A stretch of 63,455 nucleotides of DNA, filler included, from 5 parts of 5 records of this genome joined end to end with filler, not necessarily neighbours in it; one strand, 5' to 3'; positions 10,000 through 19,754 are shown, counted from the first letter of the whole stretch. The notes: generated from the letters alone by a model not told the origin. Numbers and translations are program-made.

Positions 10000-10325
10000 A
10001 CCTGGATGCCTTCTTCGACCTCTCCATTGAAGAGATGGTCATGCTCACATTCGGATTTGTTGCCCAGGCGTTGTTCGCGGCGCGCTTTCTGGTGCAGTGG
10101 GTCTCCAGCGAGATCGGCCGCAAGAGCGTGATTCCTGTCGCCTTCTGGTATTTCAGCTGTGCCGGCGGTATCATGATGTTGATCTATGCGATCTGGCGTG
10201 TGGACCCGGTATTTATCCTCGGTCAGTCGACCGGCCTCATTGTCTATATCCGCAACCTTTTCCTTATTCACCGCGAGAAGCGGGTGGAGATGATGGCTGC
10301 GAAAGACGTGGGCGGCGACGACTGA
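9996..10325 (+). CDS. Lipid A biosynthesis N-terminal (LAB_N) domain membrane protein
   Basis: GFVAQALFAARFLVQW..SE...KSVIPVAFWYFS...DPVFILGQ...YIRNL. The GTG start overlaps the upstream TGA. Confidence 0.88.
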   Translation: MNLDAFFDLSIEEMVMLTFGFVAQALFAARFLVQWVSSEIGRKSVIPVAFWYFSCAGGIMMLIYAIWRVDPVFILGQSTGLIVYIRNLFLIHREKRVEMMAAKDVGGDD

Positions 10326-10435
10326 ACCGGGCCGGCTTCGGGTCGCGGCGGGAATTTTCTTTCCGCTTGTCATTCTTTTGCAATGAAATAGGGGGACATG
10401 TTCCCTTTTCCGAAGTCCAGTCCGCTTGAGGTTCC

Positions 10436-11614
10436 ATGTCTGTTTCCCTGGTTAATGCCCGTGTCCTGCTCGAGGACGGCTCGGTAGAGAAAACCGAGAT
10501 TCTTATCGAAGACGGTATCATCCAGGCGATCGGCACAGGGGCCGTCACCGGACGTGCCTTCGATCTTGATGACAGGCTCGTCCTGCCGGGGATCATCGAT
10601 CTTCATGGTGACGGCTACGAGCGCAGCCTGATGCCGCGTACCGGCACGCACTTCCCCATCGACATCGCCCTGGTCGACGCGGACCGCTCGATCCTCTCAT
10701 CCGGCATCACCACGGCTTTTCTGGCACAGGGGGTGAGCTGGGAAGGCGGCATCCGCAGCTCCAGGGTCGCGGAAGAAATTCTGACCGCGATCGAGCGGGG
10801 CCGGAAGCGGTTTGGTGCGGATCTTCAGTTCCATCTCCGGTTCGAAACCTTCGCCATCGAAGAGCAGGAAACCGCGATGCGCTGGCTTGAAGATGGCCGC
10901 GTCTCCATGCTGGTGTTCAATGACCACCTGCCGCAGTTCGAGCAGTCCCTGCGTGAGACACCGGACAAAATGCAGCGCTGGGCGCATCAGCTCGGCATGA
11001 CTTTTGATGATTTCCGGGCCGAGGTTCGTGCCCGCCGTGCCCGCGAGGATGAGGCGGAGGAAACCGTGCGCCGGATCGCCGAGCTCGCCCGCCAGGTCGG
11101 CGTGCCGACAGGTTCCCACGATGACGATACGCCGGAGTTGCGCCAGCATTACAATGCACTGGGTGCACGGATCGCAGAATTCCCGGTCAATCTGGAGACG
11201 GCGCGGGCGGCCCGGTCAATGGGCAACCCGGTTGGCATGGGCGCGCCGAATGCCCTGCGTGGCGGCAGCGCTTCGGGCAATGTGTCCGCTCTCTCGGTGA
11301 TCGAAGAGGGGCTCTGTGATTACCTGATCTCAGATTATTATTATCCGGCCCAGTTCCATGCCGCCTTCAAGCTCGCCACTGATGGCGTCCTGCCGCTGGG
11401 CAGCGCCTGGGCACTGGTTTCGGCCGGTCCCGCCAAGGTTGGCGGACTGGACGATCGCGGTGTGATCGCGGTCGGAAAACGCGCGGATCTGATCGTGGTC
11501 GATGACAGCGACAAGGCTTTGCCGAAGGTCGATTTCGCCGTGGTGAACGGCGCTTTGTCATACGCGTCCGAGCCTTACCGGGTTGCGGCTCTGCCGGAAC
11601 TGTTCCCGGTTTGA
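10436..11614 (+). CDS. phnM: Alpha-D-ribose 1-methylphosphonate 5-triphosphate diphosphatase-like amidohydrolase (PhnM-like)
   Basis: LPGIIDLHGD, GITTAF, FNDH, SHDDDT, IAEFP, GAPNALRGGS, SDYYYPA, GLDDRG..GKRADL. Confidence 0.85.
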   Translation: MSVSLVNARVLLEDGSVEKTEILIEDGIIQAIGTGAVTGRAFDLDDRLVLPGIIDLHGDGYERSLMPRTGTHFPIDIALVDADRSILSSGITTAFLAQGVSWEGGIRSSRVAEEILTAIERGRKRFGADLQFHLRFETFAIEEQETAMRWLEDGRVSMLVFNDHLPQFEQSLRETPDKMQRWAHQLGMTFDDFRAEVRARRAREDEAEETVRRIAELARQVGVPTGSHDDDTPELRQHYNALGARIAEFPVNLETARAARSMGNPVGMGAPNALRGGSASGNVSALSVIEEGLCDYLISDYYYPAQFHAAFKLATDGVLPLGSAWALVSAGPAKVGGLDDRGVIAVGKRADLIVVDDSDKALPKVDFAVVNGALSYASEPYRVAALPELFPV

Positions 11615-11621
11615 TGCTTCC

Positions 11622-11721
11622 NNNNNNNNNNNNNNNNNNNNNNNNNNNNNNNNNNNNNNNNNNNNTTAATTAATTAANNNNNNNNNNNNNNNNNNNNNNN
11701 NNNNNNNNNNNNNNNNNNNNN
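11622..11721. other. Artificial contig-joining linker
   Basis: 44 N + TTAATTAATTAA (stops in all six frames) + 44 N. Confidence 0.98.
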
Positions 11722-12378
11722 TTCGTGGCCGAACAGCTCGCTTTCGATCAGTTCGGCTGGGATGGCGGCACAATTGACGGCAACGAAGGGACCCTTGGCT
11801 CGGGGGGAGAAGTCATGCAGGCAGCGGGCGACGACCTCCTTGCCGGTGCCGGTTTCGCCCAGAAGGATAATGTCGGCCGGGATCGGGGCGAGATCGAGAA
11901 CGGCATGGCGCAGCGTCTGCATGGCAGGGGAGGCTCCGACCAGACGCGTGGCCAGTTCGTTTTCGCCCCCATCGAGCTTGCGGCGCAGGTCGGCGAGCTC
12001 ACGCTTGAGACGGGCCTGTTCGGCCGCGCGGGTGATGGAATTGACCAACTGATCGGGCACATAGGGCTTTTGCAGGAAATCAAAAGCACCGGCGCGCATG
12101 GCCTCGACTGCCATGGGCACGTCACCATGGCCGGTGATGAGGATGACCTCGGTGGGCAGGCCGCGTTCGGCAATCGAGCGCAAGAGGTCCAGGCCCGAAA
12201 GGCCCGGCATGCGCACATCGGTCAGCACCACATGGGGATGGCTATCATCGATTTTGGCCATGGCTTCGTTCGCATCGGCGGCGGTCACCGTGGCAAAGCC
12301 GGACAGGCGCAACCACTGTTCAAGCGCGGTGCGCATCATTTCTTCGTCGTCGACGATCAGGACGATTGGGTCGCTCAT
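11722..12378 (-). CDS. dctD: Sigma54-dependent response regulator, DctD-like (3'-truncated by linker)
   Basis: Receiver domain (LIVDDE, TDVRMPG, ITGHGDVPMAVEAM, FLQKP) followed by AAA+ GETGTGKE and FVAVNCAAIP..LIESELFGHE. Confidence 0.85.
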
Positions 12379-14213
12379 GCAAAGGCTCGTGCGGCGGCGG
12401 TGGCCGCCAGGCAAAGGGATATGGTGAAGGTGCTGCCCTGGCCGGGCCTGGACTGCACATTGATGGTGCCGCCGCTGTCGCGGACGAGGCCGAAGGAAAT
12501 GGCCAGCCCCAGACCAAGGCCCTTGCCTGCCGGCTTGGTGGTGAAGAACGGGTCGAACAGGTTTGATATTTCCTCTGGAGCAATGCCGGTGCCGGTGTCG
12601 GTGATGGCGATCTCGACCGTGCCGGGGTGTGACATGACACCGATGGAAAGGATGCGCATGGGCGCCTCCTGCATGGCGTCGGCGGCATTGGCGATAAGAT
12701 TGATCAGGACCTGTTCGAGATGCACGGGGTTGGTCATGACGGCGATGGCCGGACGCGGGCGGCGATATTCGATATCCACGCCCACCTGGCGCAGACGGTG
12801 ATCAGTCAATTCAAGGGCATTGGCGATGGCCGTGCCGATATCGGCCTGCATCGGCTCGCGGGTCTGCTTGCGGGCGAAGGTCTTGAGATGGCCGGTCAGG
12901 GTGGCCAGACGTTCCACCACCTTGTCCATGGCCGCCAGCACCGGGCCCATTTCACTGCCGCCACGCCGCTGGTCCAGCAGGCGGGCGCTGGCCAGGTGGG
13001 TGGTTAGGGCGGCTACCGGCTGGCTGACTTCATGGGCCACGCCGGCCAGCGCCTGCCCGAGGCTGGCAAGCTTGGCTGCCTGCACCAGATGCTCGCGCAC
13101 ATCGTGTTCGGCTTTCTCGGCGCGGACGCGTTCGGCAATTTCGGCGCGCAATTGCTCATTGGTAGTGTGCAGATCCTCGGTGCGCTCGGCCACGCGCATT
13201 TCGAGCTGGTTGTGATCGGCCAGGCGTTGGGCGACCAGGCGCCGTCGCTGTTCGAGTAGTACGATAATGAGCAGGATTGCCGCGCAGCCAAGGGCGGCCG
13301 CCGTCGCCATGGTGATGGCGCTGCCATAGAGCGGCGTGAGGGGCGAAAAGGAGAGGATGCGCCAACCATGCTTGGGCAGGCGCAGCTCCTGCAGGACGAA
13401 ATAGCCCGAGGTTTCCGGGTCGCTGCCGGAGAGCAGGGCAAATTCGGCACCGCGCGAAATCCAGCGATCGGTGATGATGCCGCGATTTTCGACACCGTTC
13501 TCGCCATAACGCTGCTGGCCGGAGATCGCGGCAAACTGGGTCAGCGGGATGGTCTGGAGCGGGCGATAACGCCAGTCTGGCCTGGTGGAAAGGATGACGA
13601 CGTCGTTGAGGTCGACGATGCCGATCAATTCGCCCGAGCGCCACCAATTGGCTTCGATCTCACCCAGATTGATCTTGATGACCGCAACCCCGAGTGGCCC
13701 GTCCGGACCCTCGACGCGCTGGGACAGGAACAGGCCCGGCACCCTTGTGGACATTCCAAAGGCATAGAATTCGGTCCGGCCGCGCGCCATGGCGTCTGCA
13801 AAATAAGGGCGGAAAGAGTAATTGGTGCCAACCAGGCTGGTCAGAGTCCACCAATTGCTGGCAGCGACCACGGCGCCGGAATTGTCCATGAGAAAGATTT
13901 CGCTGGCGCCGGCGGTTTCATTGATCTGGCTGAGAAAGCCATTGGCCGCCTCGACGGCTTTCGTGTCTCCAGCACTTTCCAGCACAATGCGGGTTTCGCG
14001 GGCCTGCGAAATGGCCACCGGGAGATAGTGAAAGCGCTCGATGATGGCTTCGAGGGTGCGGTCGAACAGGGCGAGGCGCCGCTGTGCCTGCTCCTCGGCA
14101 TCGCGCACGGCAGCGGTCAGGGTCAACTCGAATGCGACCCAGAAAACCATGAGAACAATGGCCAGCCCTGCCGCGACAAAGGCGAGTTGGCGTCCTCCAA
14201 TCCAGTTGCGCAT
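12375..14213 (-). CDS. dctB: Sensor histidine kinase, DctB-like
   Basis: Two TM helices flank a dCache region with YSFRPYF. H-box AGVAHEVSQP, N-box QVLINLIANAADA, DTGTG, FDPFFTTK, GLGLGL. Confidence 0.88.
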   Translation of the reverse strand: MRNWIGGRQLAFVAAGLAIVLMVFWVAFELTLTAAVRDAEEQAQRRLALFDRTLEAIIERFHYLPVAISQARETRIVLESAGDTKAVEAANGFLSQINETAGASEIFLMDNSGAVVAASNWWTLTSLVGTNYSFRPYFADAMARGRTEFYAFGMSTRVPGLFLSQRVEGPDGPLGVAVIKINLGEIEANWWRSGELIGIVDLNDVVILSTRPDWRYRPLQTIPLTQFAAISGQQRYGENGVENRGIITDRWISRGAEFALLSGSDPETSGYFVLQELRLPKHGWRILSFSPLTPLYGSAITMATAAALGCAAILLIIVLLEQRRRLVAQRLADHNQLEMRVAERTEDLHTTNEQLRAEIAERVRAEKAEHDVREHLVQAAKLASLGQALAGVAHEVSQPVAALTTHLASARLLDQRRGGSEMGPVLAAMDKVVERLATLTGHLKTFARKQTREPMQADIGTAIANALELTDHRLRQVGVDIEYRRPRPAIAVMTNPVHLEQVLINLIANAADAMQEAPMRILSIGVMSHPGTVEIAITDTGTGIAPEEISNLFDPFFTTKPAGKGLGLGLAISFGLVRDSGGTINVQSRPGQGSTFTISLCLAATAAARAFA

Positions 14214-14258
14214 CAGGGCGACGATAGCCAGCTCTCCTCACTGGTTTATCAACGGGTT

Positions 14259-14307
14259 TGGCAAGATGTTGCCAGAAGCCGGGGGCAAGTGCGGCAATTT
14301 CTTGCCG
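14259..14307. promoter_or_regulatory. Two candidate upstream activator sites for the DctD-like regulator
   Basis: Perfect dyads TGGCAA-gatg-TTGCCA (14259-14274) and CGGCAA-tttc-TTGCCG (14292-14307), 33 bp apart, upstream of a sigma54 promoter. Confidence 0.65.
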
Positions 14308-14359
14308 AAAGTGTTACCATGATCGGCTTCAATTGCATATCTGCCTTGCAAATTTCGCG

Positions 14360-14375
14360 TGGCACGGCGTTTGCA
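14360..14375 (+). promoter_or_regulatory. Sigma54 (-24/-12) promoter of tctCBA
   Basis: TGGCAC-GGCGT-TTGCA is an exact match to the RpoN consensus TGGCAC-N5-TTGCA. Confidence 0.88.
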
Positions 14376-14438
14376 AGGGACGTGCCGGGCCTGGGGGAGG
14401 ACATTCCGGGCCAATTCAATTGGGAGGATATCCAGAAC

Positions 14439-15422
14439 ATGAAAACCATCGTGAAGATGATTGCCGCCGGCCTGGTTGCCGGTTCAGCCCTGAGCGCCGC
14501 CGCCGTTGTCGCGCAGGACTATCCGACACAGCCCGTGACCATCGTCGTGCCGTTCTCGGCCGGTGGCCCGACCGATACCGTGACACGCCTGGTCGCCGCC
14601 GCCATGAGCGAGGATCTGGGCCAGCAGGTGGTGGTGCAGAATGTGGGTGGTGCCGGCGGTACGCTGGGCGCCGGCCAGGTGGCCGCCGCGGCCAATGACG
14701 GCTATACGCTGCTCTTGCACCATATCGGCATGTCGACCGCCCCGGCGCTCTACGCAAGCCTGCCTTACGACCCGATGACCGACTTCGCACCCATCGGGCT
14801 GGTCACAGAAGTGCCGATGACCATGGTGGCGCGCAAGGATTTCGAACCGGCAACGCTTGAAGATCTGATCGCCTACGTCAAGGAGAACGGCGAAAACGTC
14901 ACCTATGCCAATGCCGGCATTGGTGCCGCCAGCCAGCTCTGCGGCCTGCTGTTCCAGGATGCGCTCGAGGTGAAGCTGACCGAAGTGCCGTATCAGGGCA
15001 CCGGCCCGGCCATGACCGACCTGCTGGGCGGGCAGATCGACATGATGTGCGACCAGACCACCAATACAACCAGCCAGATCCAGGCCGGCGAGATAAAGGC
15101 CTATGCCGTCACGACGCCGGAACGCATTGCCGTTCTGCCCGACGTGCCGACCATGGCCGAGGGAGGTGTCGAGAACTTCAACCTCTCGATCTGGCACGGA
15201 CTCTACGCCCCTGCGGGCACCGACCAGGCCATCATCGACCGCCTGACCCAGTCGCTTCAGGCCGCGCTGGCCGATGAGACCGTGGGCAACAGCTTTGCCG
15301 AGCTGGGCACCTATCCCGTGCCGGCGAGCGAAGCCACGCCCGATGCGCTTGCTGAAAAGCTCGAAGGCCAGACCGCCCTCTGGGCCGAGGTGATCGCTGC
15401 GGCCGGCGTTGCCGCGCAGTAA
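14439..15422 (+). CDS. tctC: Tripartite tricarboxylate transporter substrate-binding protein (TctC/Bug)
   Basis: YPTQPVTIVVPFSAGGPTD, NVGGAGG, DGYTLL, VPYQGTGPAMTDLLGG, LPDVPT. ATG 14439 follows GGGAGG. Confidence 0.93.
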   Translation: MKTIVKMIAAGLVAGSALSAAAVVAQDYPTQPVTIVVPFSAGGPTDTVTRLVAAAMSEDLGQQVVVQNVGGAGGTLGAGQVAAAANDGYTLLLHHIGMSTAPALYASLPYDPMTDFAPIGLVTEVPMTMVARKDFEPATLEDLIAYVKENGENVTYANAGIGAASQLCGLLFQDALEVKLTEVPYQGTGPAMTDLLGGQIDMMCDQTTNTTSQIQAGEIKAYAVTTPERIAVLPDVPTMAEGGVENFNLSIWHGLYAPAGTDQAIIDRLTQSLQAALADETVGNSFAELGTYPVPASEATPDALAEKLEGQTALWAEVIAAAGVAAQ

Positions 15423-15431
15423 AGCCGAACT

Positions 15432-15465
15432 GGAGCTCCCGTCCCATTGGGGCGGGAGCTTCTTT
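15432..15465 (+). terminator. Intercistronic stem-loop after tctC
   Basis: GGAGCTCCCGTCCC-ATT-GGGGCGGGAGCTTC followed by TTT. Confidence 0.6.
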
Positions 15466-15484
15466 GGATAGGGAGGGGGGACGC

Positions 15485-15946
15485 ATGGCACTGAACGCGT
15501 CGCGAAACGACCTGGTATCGGGGGCGATCTTCATCGCTTTCGGCGCCTATTTTGCGCTGGAGGCACTGCGCTATGATTTCGGCACGCCGTTTCGTATGGG
15601 CCCCGGCTTCATGCCGGTGGTGCTGGGCGGCATCCTGATCGCGCTGGGTATAGCGGTGGCCGCCAAGGGGATGGGCAAGCCTGATGAAGAGGCGGCCCCA
15701 CCCTGGCCGTTGCGCGGCATCGTCCTGGTTCTGGGCACGATCCTGTTTTTCGCGGCGACCATTCGCGGGCTCGGCTTCATCCCGGTGGTGCTGATCGCCG
15801 CCTTTGCCACGGCCCTCTCTTCAAGCCGGAACACCTTGCTTTCGGCGCTGATCATCTCTGCCGGTTTATGCGTCCTGTGCCTTCTGATCTTCGTGGTGGG
15901 GCTGGGCATGATCGTGCCGCTGATCGGCCCCTGGCTGCGGTTCTAG
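15485..15946 (+). CDS. tctB: Tripartite tricarboxylate transporter TctB
   Basis: Small membrane protein with GTPFRMGPGFMP, located between tctC and tctA. Confidence 0.9.
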   Translation: MALNASRNDLVSGAIFIAFGAYFALEALRYDFGTPFRMGPGFMPVVLGGILIALGIAVAAKGMGKPDEEAAPPWPLRGIVLVLGTILFFAATIRGLGFIPVVLIAAFATALSSSRNTLLSALIISAGLCVLCLLIFVVGLGMIVPLIGPWLRF

Positions 15947-15953
15947 GAGCGGT

Positions 15954-17462
15954 ATGATGGACCTTTTTGCTTCGCTCGGGCTCGGTTTTTCGGTCGCCCT
16001 CGATCCTATCAACATTCTCTACTGTTTCATCGGCGTGCTGCTGGGCACATTGGTGGGCGTGCTGCCGGGCATCGGGCCGACGGCGACCATTGCCATGCTG
16101 TTGCCGATCACCTTTTCGCTGAACCCGGAAACCGCGCTGATCATGCTGGCGGGCATCTATTACGGCGCCCAATACGGCGGATCGACCACCGCTATTCTGA
16201 TCAACTTGCCAGGTGAAAGCTCGGCGGCGGTGACCGCAATCGACGGCTACCAGATGGCCCGCAAGGGCCGTGCCGGTCCGGCGCTGGCGGCGGCGGCACT
16301 CGGCTCGTTCTTTGCCGGGTCGGTGGCGACCTTCCTCCTCGCTGCCTTTGCACCGCCGCTGGCGCGGGCCGCGCTCAATTTCGGGGCGCCGGAATATTTC
16401 TCGCTGATCGTCCTGGGCCTCCTGGTCTCCATCGCTCTGGCGCATGGCTCGATCATCAAGGCGCTGGGCATGATCGTGCTGGGGCTGCTGCTGGGCATGG
16501 TGGGGCAGGATATCTATACCGGCACGCCGCGCTTCACCTTCGGGCTGCGCGAATTGTTCGGCGGGCTCAATTTTGTTGCCGTGGCGGTGGGTGTGTTCGG
16601 GGTGGCGGAAATCCTGCGCAACCTCGAAAACGAGCATGAGCGTGAAGTGGGGGTCAAGGCGGTCAAGAACCTCTGGCTGACGCGGGATGATCTCAAGCGC
16701 ATCATCTGGCCGGTGCTGCGCGGCACCGGCATCGGCTCGCTGCTGGGTGTGCTGCCGGGCGGTGGGCACATCCTTTCGGCCTTCGCCTCATACTCGGCGG
16801 AAAAGCGGCTGTCGAAACACCCTGAAGAGTTCGGCAAGGGCGCCATCGAAGGAGTGGCGGGACCGGAATCGGCGAATAATGCCGCAGCCCAGACCTCGTT
16901 CATTCCGCTGATGACGTTGGGCATTCCCGCGCACCCGGTGATGGCGTTGATGATCGGGGCGTTTATCCTGCAGGGCATCACGCCGGGACCAAACGTCATC
17001 AACGAGCAGCCGGCGCTGTTCTGGGGCATCATCGCCTCGATGTGGATCGGCAATCTCCTGCTGGTCGTGCTGAACCTGCCGCTGGTGGGCTTGTGGGTGA
17101 AGATGCTCTCGATCCCCTACCGGGTGTTGTTCCCGGCCATCGTGCTGTTCGCCTGTATCGGAACCTTCTCGATCAACCAGAACATCTACGACATCTATGC
17201 CATCGCCTTCTTCGGCATCGTCGGCTATCTGCTGATCCGCTTCGGCTGCGAGCCAGCGCCGCTTTTGCTCGGCTTCGTGCTGGGGCCGCTTCTGGAAGAG
17301 CATTTGCGGCGGGCCATGATCATCTCGCGTGGCGATCCATCGATTTTCGTCACCCGGCCAATCTCCGCAACTCTACTGGTTCTGGCGCTGGCAGCCGTGC
17401 TGGTGGCGGTGCTGCCGTCGATCCGCAAGAAGCGGGCCGAGGTGTTTGTCGAGGAGGATTGA
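15954..17462 (+). CDS. tctA: Tripartite tricarboxylate transporter permease TctA
   Basis: GVLPGIGP, YYGAQYGGSTTAILINLPG, GPESANNAAAQ, LGIP, APLLLGFVLGP. Confidence 0.95.
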   Translation: MMDLFASLGLGFSVALDPINILYCFIGVLLGTLVGVLPGIGPTATIAMLLPITFSLNPETALIMLAGIYYGAQYGGSTTAILINLPGESSAAVTAIDGYQMARKGRAGPALAAAALGSFFAGSVATFLLAAFAPPLARAALNFGAPEYFSLIVLGLLVSIALAHGSIIKALGMIVLGLLLGMVGQDIYTGTPRFTFGLRELFGGLNFVAVAVGVFGVAEILRNLENEHEREVGVKAVKNLWLTRDDLKRIIWPVLRGTGIGSLLGVLPGGGHILSAFASYSAEKRLSKHPEEFGKGAIEGVAGPESANNAAAQTSFIPLMTLGIPAHPVMALMIGAFILQGITPGPNVINEQPALFWGIIASMWIGNLLLVVLNLPLVGLWVKMLSIPYRVLFPAIVLFACIGTFSINQNIYDIYAIAFFGIVGYLLIRFGCEPAPLLLGFVLGPLLEEHLRRAMIISRGDPSIFVTRPISATLLVLALAAVLVAVLPSIRKKRAEVFVEED

Positions 17463-17470
17463 GCCTATTG

Positions 17471-17502
17471 GCCCTCCCCTTTCGAAGGGGAGGGCTTTGT
17501 TT
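17471..17502 (+). terminator. Intrinsic terminator between convergent tctA and the deaminase
   Basis: GCCCTCCCCTT-TCG-AAGGGGAGGGC followed by TTTGTTT. Confidence 0.75.
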
Positions 17503-17505
17503 GCT

Positions 17506-18789
17506 TCAGCGTGGGCCGACGCGTGAGGCATCAACGGCAGTGGGACGGCCAGGCAGCGACAGCGTGCTTTCGCGCCGGGGAGCGGATGCAATCACCTTCC
17601 CAGCCTTGATGACGGCGAGGCGGGTTGCCTTGAGCCGGATGGCTTCGATCGGGTCTGCGGCCTGCAGCAGGACCATGTCGGCCTTGTTGCCCACTGCAAT
17701 GCCGTAGCCATCGAGATGCATGATGCTGGCGGGGCCAGTGGTGACAGCGGCAAAGCATTGGCGCATCGCGTCGCGACTGGTCATCTGCGCGACGTGCAGG
17801 CCCATCGAGGCCACTTCGAGCATGTCGGCCTGGCCCAGTGAGTACCAGGGGTCCATCACGCAGTCATGGCCGAAGGCGCAGGTGATGCCATAGGTCAGCA
17901 TTTCGGGAATGCGGGTCATGCCGCGTCGCTTGGGATAGGTGTCGTGGCGGCCCTGGATGCCGATATTGATGAGCGGATTGGCGGTGGCACTGACACCGGC
18001 CTCGGCCATCAGCGGCAGGAGTTTGCTGACATAGTAATTGTCCATGGAGTGCATGGAAGTGAGGTGCGAGCCGTTGACCCGGCCGCCCAGACCCAGCCGC
18101 TGGGTCTCGTAGGTCAGCGTCTCGATATGACGGGACAGCGGGTCGTCGGTCTCGTCGCAATGCAGATCGACCAGCAGGCCACGCTCGGCCGCAATTTCGC
18201 AAAGCGCTGTCACGCTGGCGGCGCCATCGGCCATGGTCCGCTCGAAGTGGGGAATGCCGCCGACCACGTCGACACCCAGGTCGAGGGCGCGATCGAGCAG
18301 GTCCACCGCGCCGGGAGAGCGGAAATAGCCATCCTGGGGGAAGGCGACGAGTTGCAGATCGATATAGGGCGCGACCTGTTTCCTGACCTCAAGCAGCGCT
18401 TCGACACCAAGCAGGCGGTCGTCGCAGATATCGACATGGGTGCGGATGGCGAGCAGGCCCTGGCTGACCGCCAGGTCGCAATAGTCCAGCGCGCGCTGGA
18501 TAACGGCCTCATGGGTGAGGAGAGGCTTCAGCTCGCCCCAGATCTGGATACCTTCGAGCAGCAGGCCGCTTTCATTGTAGCGCGGCAGCCCGAGCGAAAG
18601 CGTGGCATCCATGTGAAAGTGGCAATCGACGAAAGGCGGGCTGACCAATTGGCCGGCAGCGTCAATGGTCTCTCCCGTCTCGCCGGCCAGATTTGGCTCG
18701 AGCGCGGCGATGCGGCCTTGTGTGATGCCGATGTCGATGCCTGTGCGGCCATCGGGCAGGCTGGCGTTGGTGAGCTTGAGGTCGAACAT
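17506..18789 (-). CDS. codA: Cytosine deaminase (amidohydrolase family)
   Basis: PPFVDCHFHMD, RTHVD, QLVAFPQDG, GGIPHFE, HCDETDD, SHLTSMHS, GHDCVMDPWY. Confidence 0.85.
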   Translation of the reverse strand: MFDLKLTNASLPDGRTGIDIGITQGRIAALEPNLAGETGETIDAAGQLVSPPFVDCHFHMDATLSLGLPRYNESGLLLEGIQIWGELKPLLTHEAVIQRALDYCDLAVSQGLLAIRTHVDICDDRLLGVEALLEVRKQVAPYIDLQLVAFPQDGYFRSPGAVDLLDRALDLGVDVVGGIPHFERTMADGAASVTALCEIAAERGLLVDLHCDETDDPLSRHIETLTYETQRLGLGGRVNGSHLTSMHSMDNYYVSKLLPLMAEAGVSATANPLINIGIQGRHDTYPKRRGMTRIPEMLTYGITCAFGHDCVMDPWYSLGQADMLEVASMGLHVAQMTSRDAMRQCFAAVTTGPASIMHLDGYGIAVGNKADMVLLQAADPIEAIRLKATRLAVIKAGKVIASAPRRESTLSLPGRPTAVDASRVGPR

Positions 18790-18803
18790 GGATGGTCCCG
18801 CAG

Positions 18804-19751
18804 TTAGTGGCGCTGCCCTTTGGTCCAGGGCTGAAGCAGGGCCCTTGGATAGTCGGCTTTGCGCGCGACCAGCACCAGGGCCAGGATGGAAAGCAGATAG
18901 GGCATCATCAGGAAGACCTGGCCGGGCACGACCTGGCCGATCTCGGCTTGCAGCCTGATCTGGAAGGCATCGAAGGCGCCAAAGAGCAGGGCGCCAAGCA
19001 GGGCCTTGCCGGGTTGCCAGGAGGCGAAGACCACCAGCGCGATGCAGATCCAGCCCCGGCCATTGACCATGCCGAAGAAGAAGGCGTCAAAAGCCGACAT
19101 GGTGAGGAAGGCGCCGCCCAGCGCCATCAGGGCCGAACCGATCACCACCGCCCCGATCCTGAGGCCGCGCACAGACAGCCCCTGCGCTTCGACCGAGGCC
19201 GGGTTGTCCCCGACGGCGCGGATGGCGAGGCCCAGCGGCGTGCGGTAGAGCACGAAAGCCACGAGCGCCACCAGGGCCAGGGCCAGCCAGGTGAACAAGG
19301 TCTGCTGGAACAGGGCCGGGCCGATAAAGGGCAGATCGGAGAGGCCAGGGACCGCGATGGGTTGGAATGGTTCGATGCGTGGAGGGGAGGACACGTCGGG
19401 CAAAGTGGTGCGGTAGGTGAAATAGCTGGCGCTGGTAGCGAGCAGGGTAATGCCGATGCCCGAGACGTGTTGGGAGAGGCCCAGAATGACTGTGAGGAAG
19501 GCATGCAGCAGGCCGAACATGGCGCCTGCAAACGCGGCGATCAGCACGCCGCCCCAGAGCCCCGCACCGAGATAGACGGCCAGCCAGCCAGCCATGGCCC
19601 CCGCGACGAAGATGCCTTCGATGCCCAGATTGAGCACGCCAGCGCGCTCGCAGATCAGCGCGCCCAGCACGCCGAAAATCAGCGGGGTGGCGATGCGGAT
19701 GGCGGCGGCCCAGAAATTGGCGGATGTGAAGATATCGAAGAGGGTTTCCAT
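18804..19751 (-). CDS. Nucleoside-type ABC transporter permease
   Basis: ERAGVLNLGIEG, RAVGDNP, GRGWICIALVVF, MMPYLL. Confidence 0.9.
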   Translation of the reverse strand: METLFDIFTSANFWAAAIRIATPLIFGVLGALICERAGVLNLGIEGIFVAGAMAGWLAVYLGAGLWGGVLIAAFAGAMFGLLHAFLTVILGLSQHVSGIGITLLATSASYFTYRTTLPDVSSPPRIEPFQPIAVPGLSDLPFIGPALFQQTLFTWLALALVALVAFVLYRTPLGLAIRAVGDNPASVEAQGLSVRGLRIGAVVIGSALMALGGAFLTMSAFDAFFFGMVNGRGWICIALVVFASWQPGKALLGALLFGAFDAFQIRLQAEIGQVVPGQVFLMMPYLLSILALVLVARKADYPRALLQPWTKGQRH

Positions 19752-19754
19752 GGC

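Noticed and set aside
13368-14438. Apparent 357-aa N-terminal extension of TctC in the 684-aa ORF
   Set aside because: It overlaps dctB antisense and the sigma54 promoter. The real start with RBS and signal peptide is 14439.
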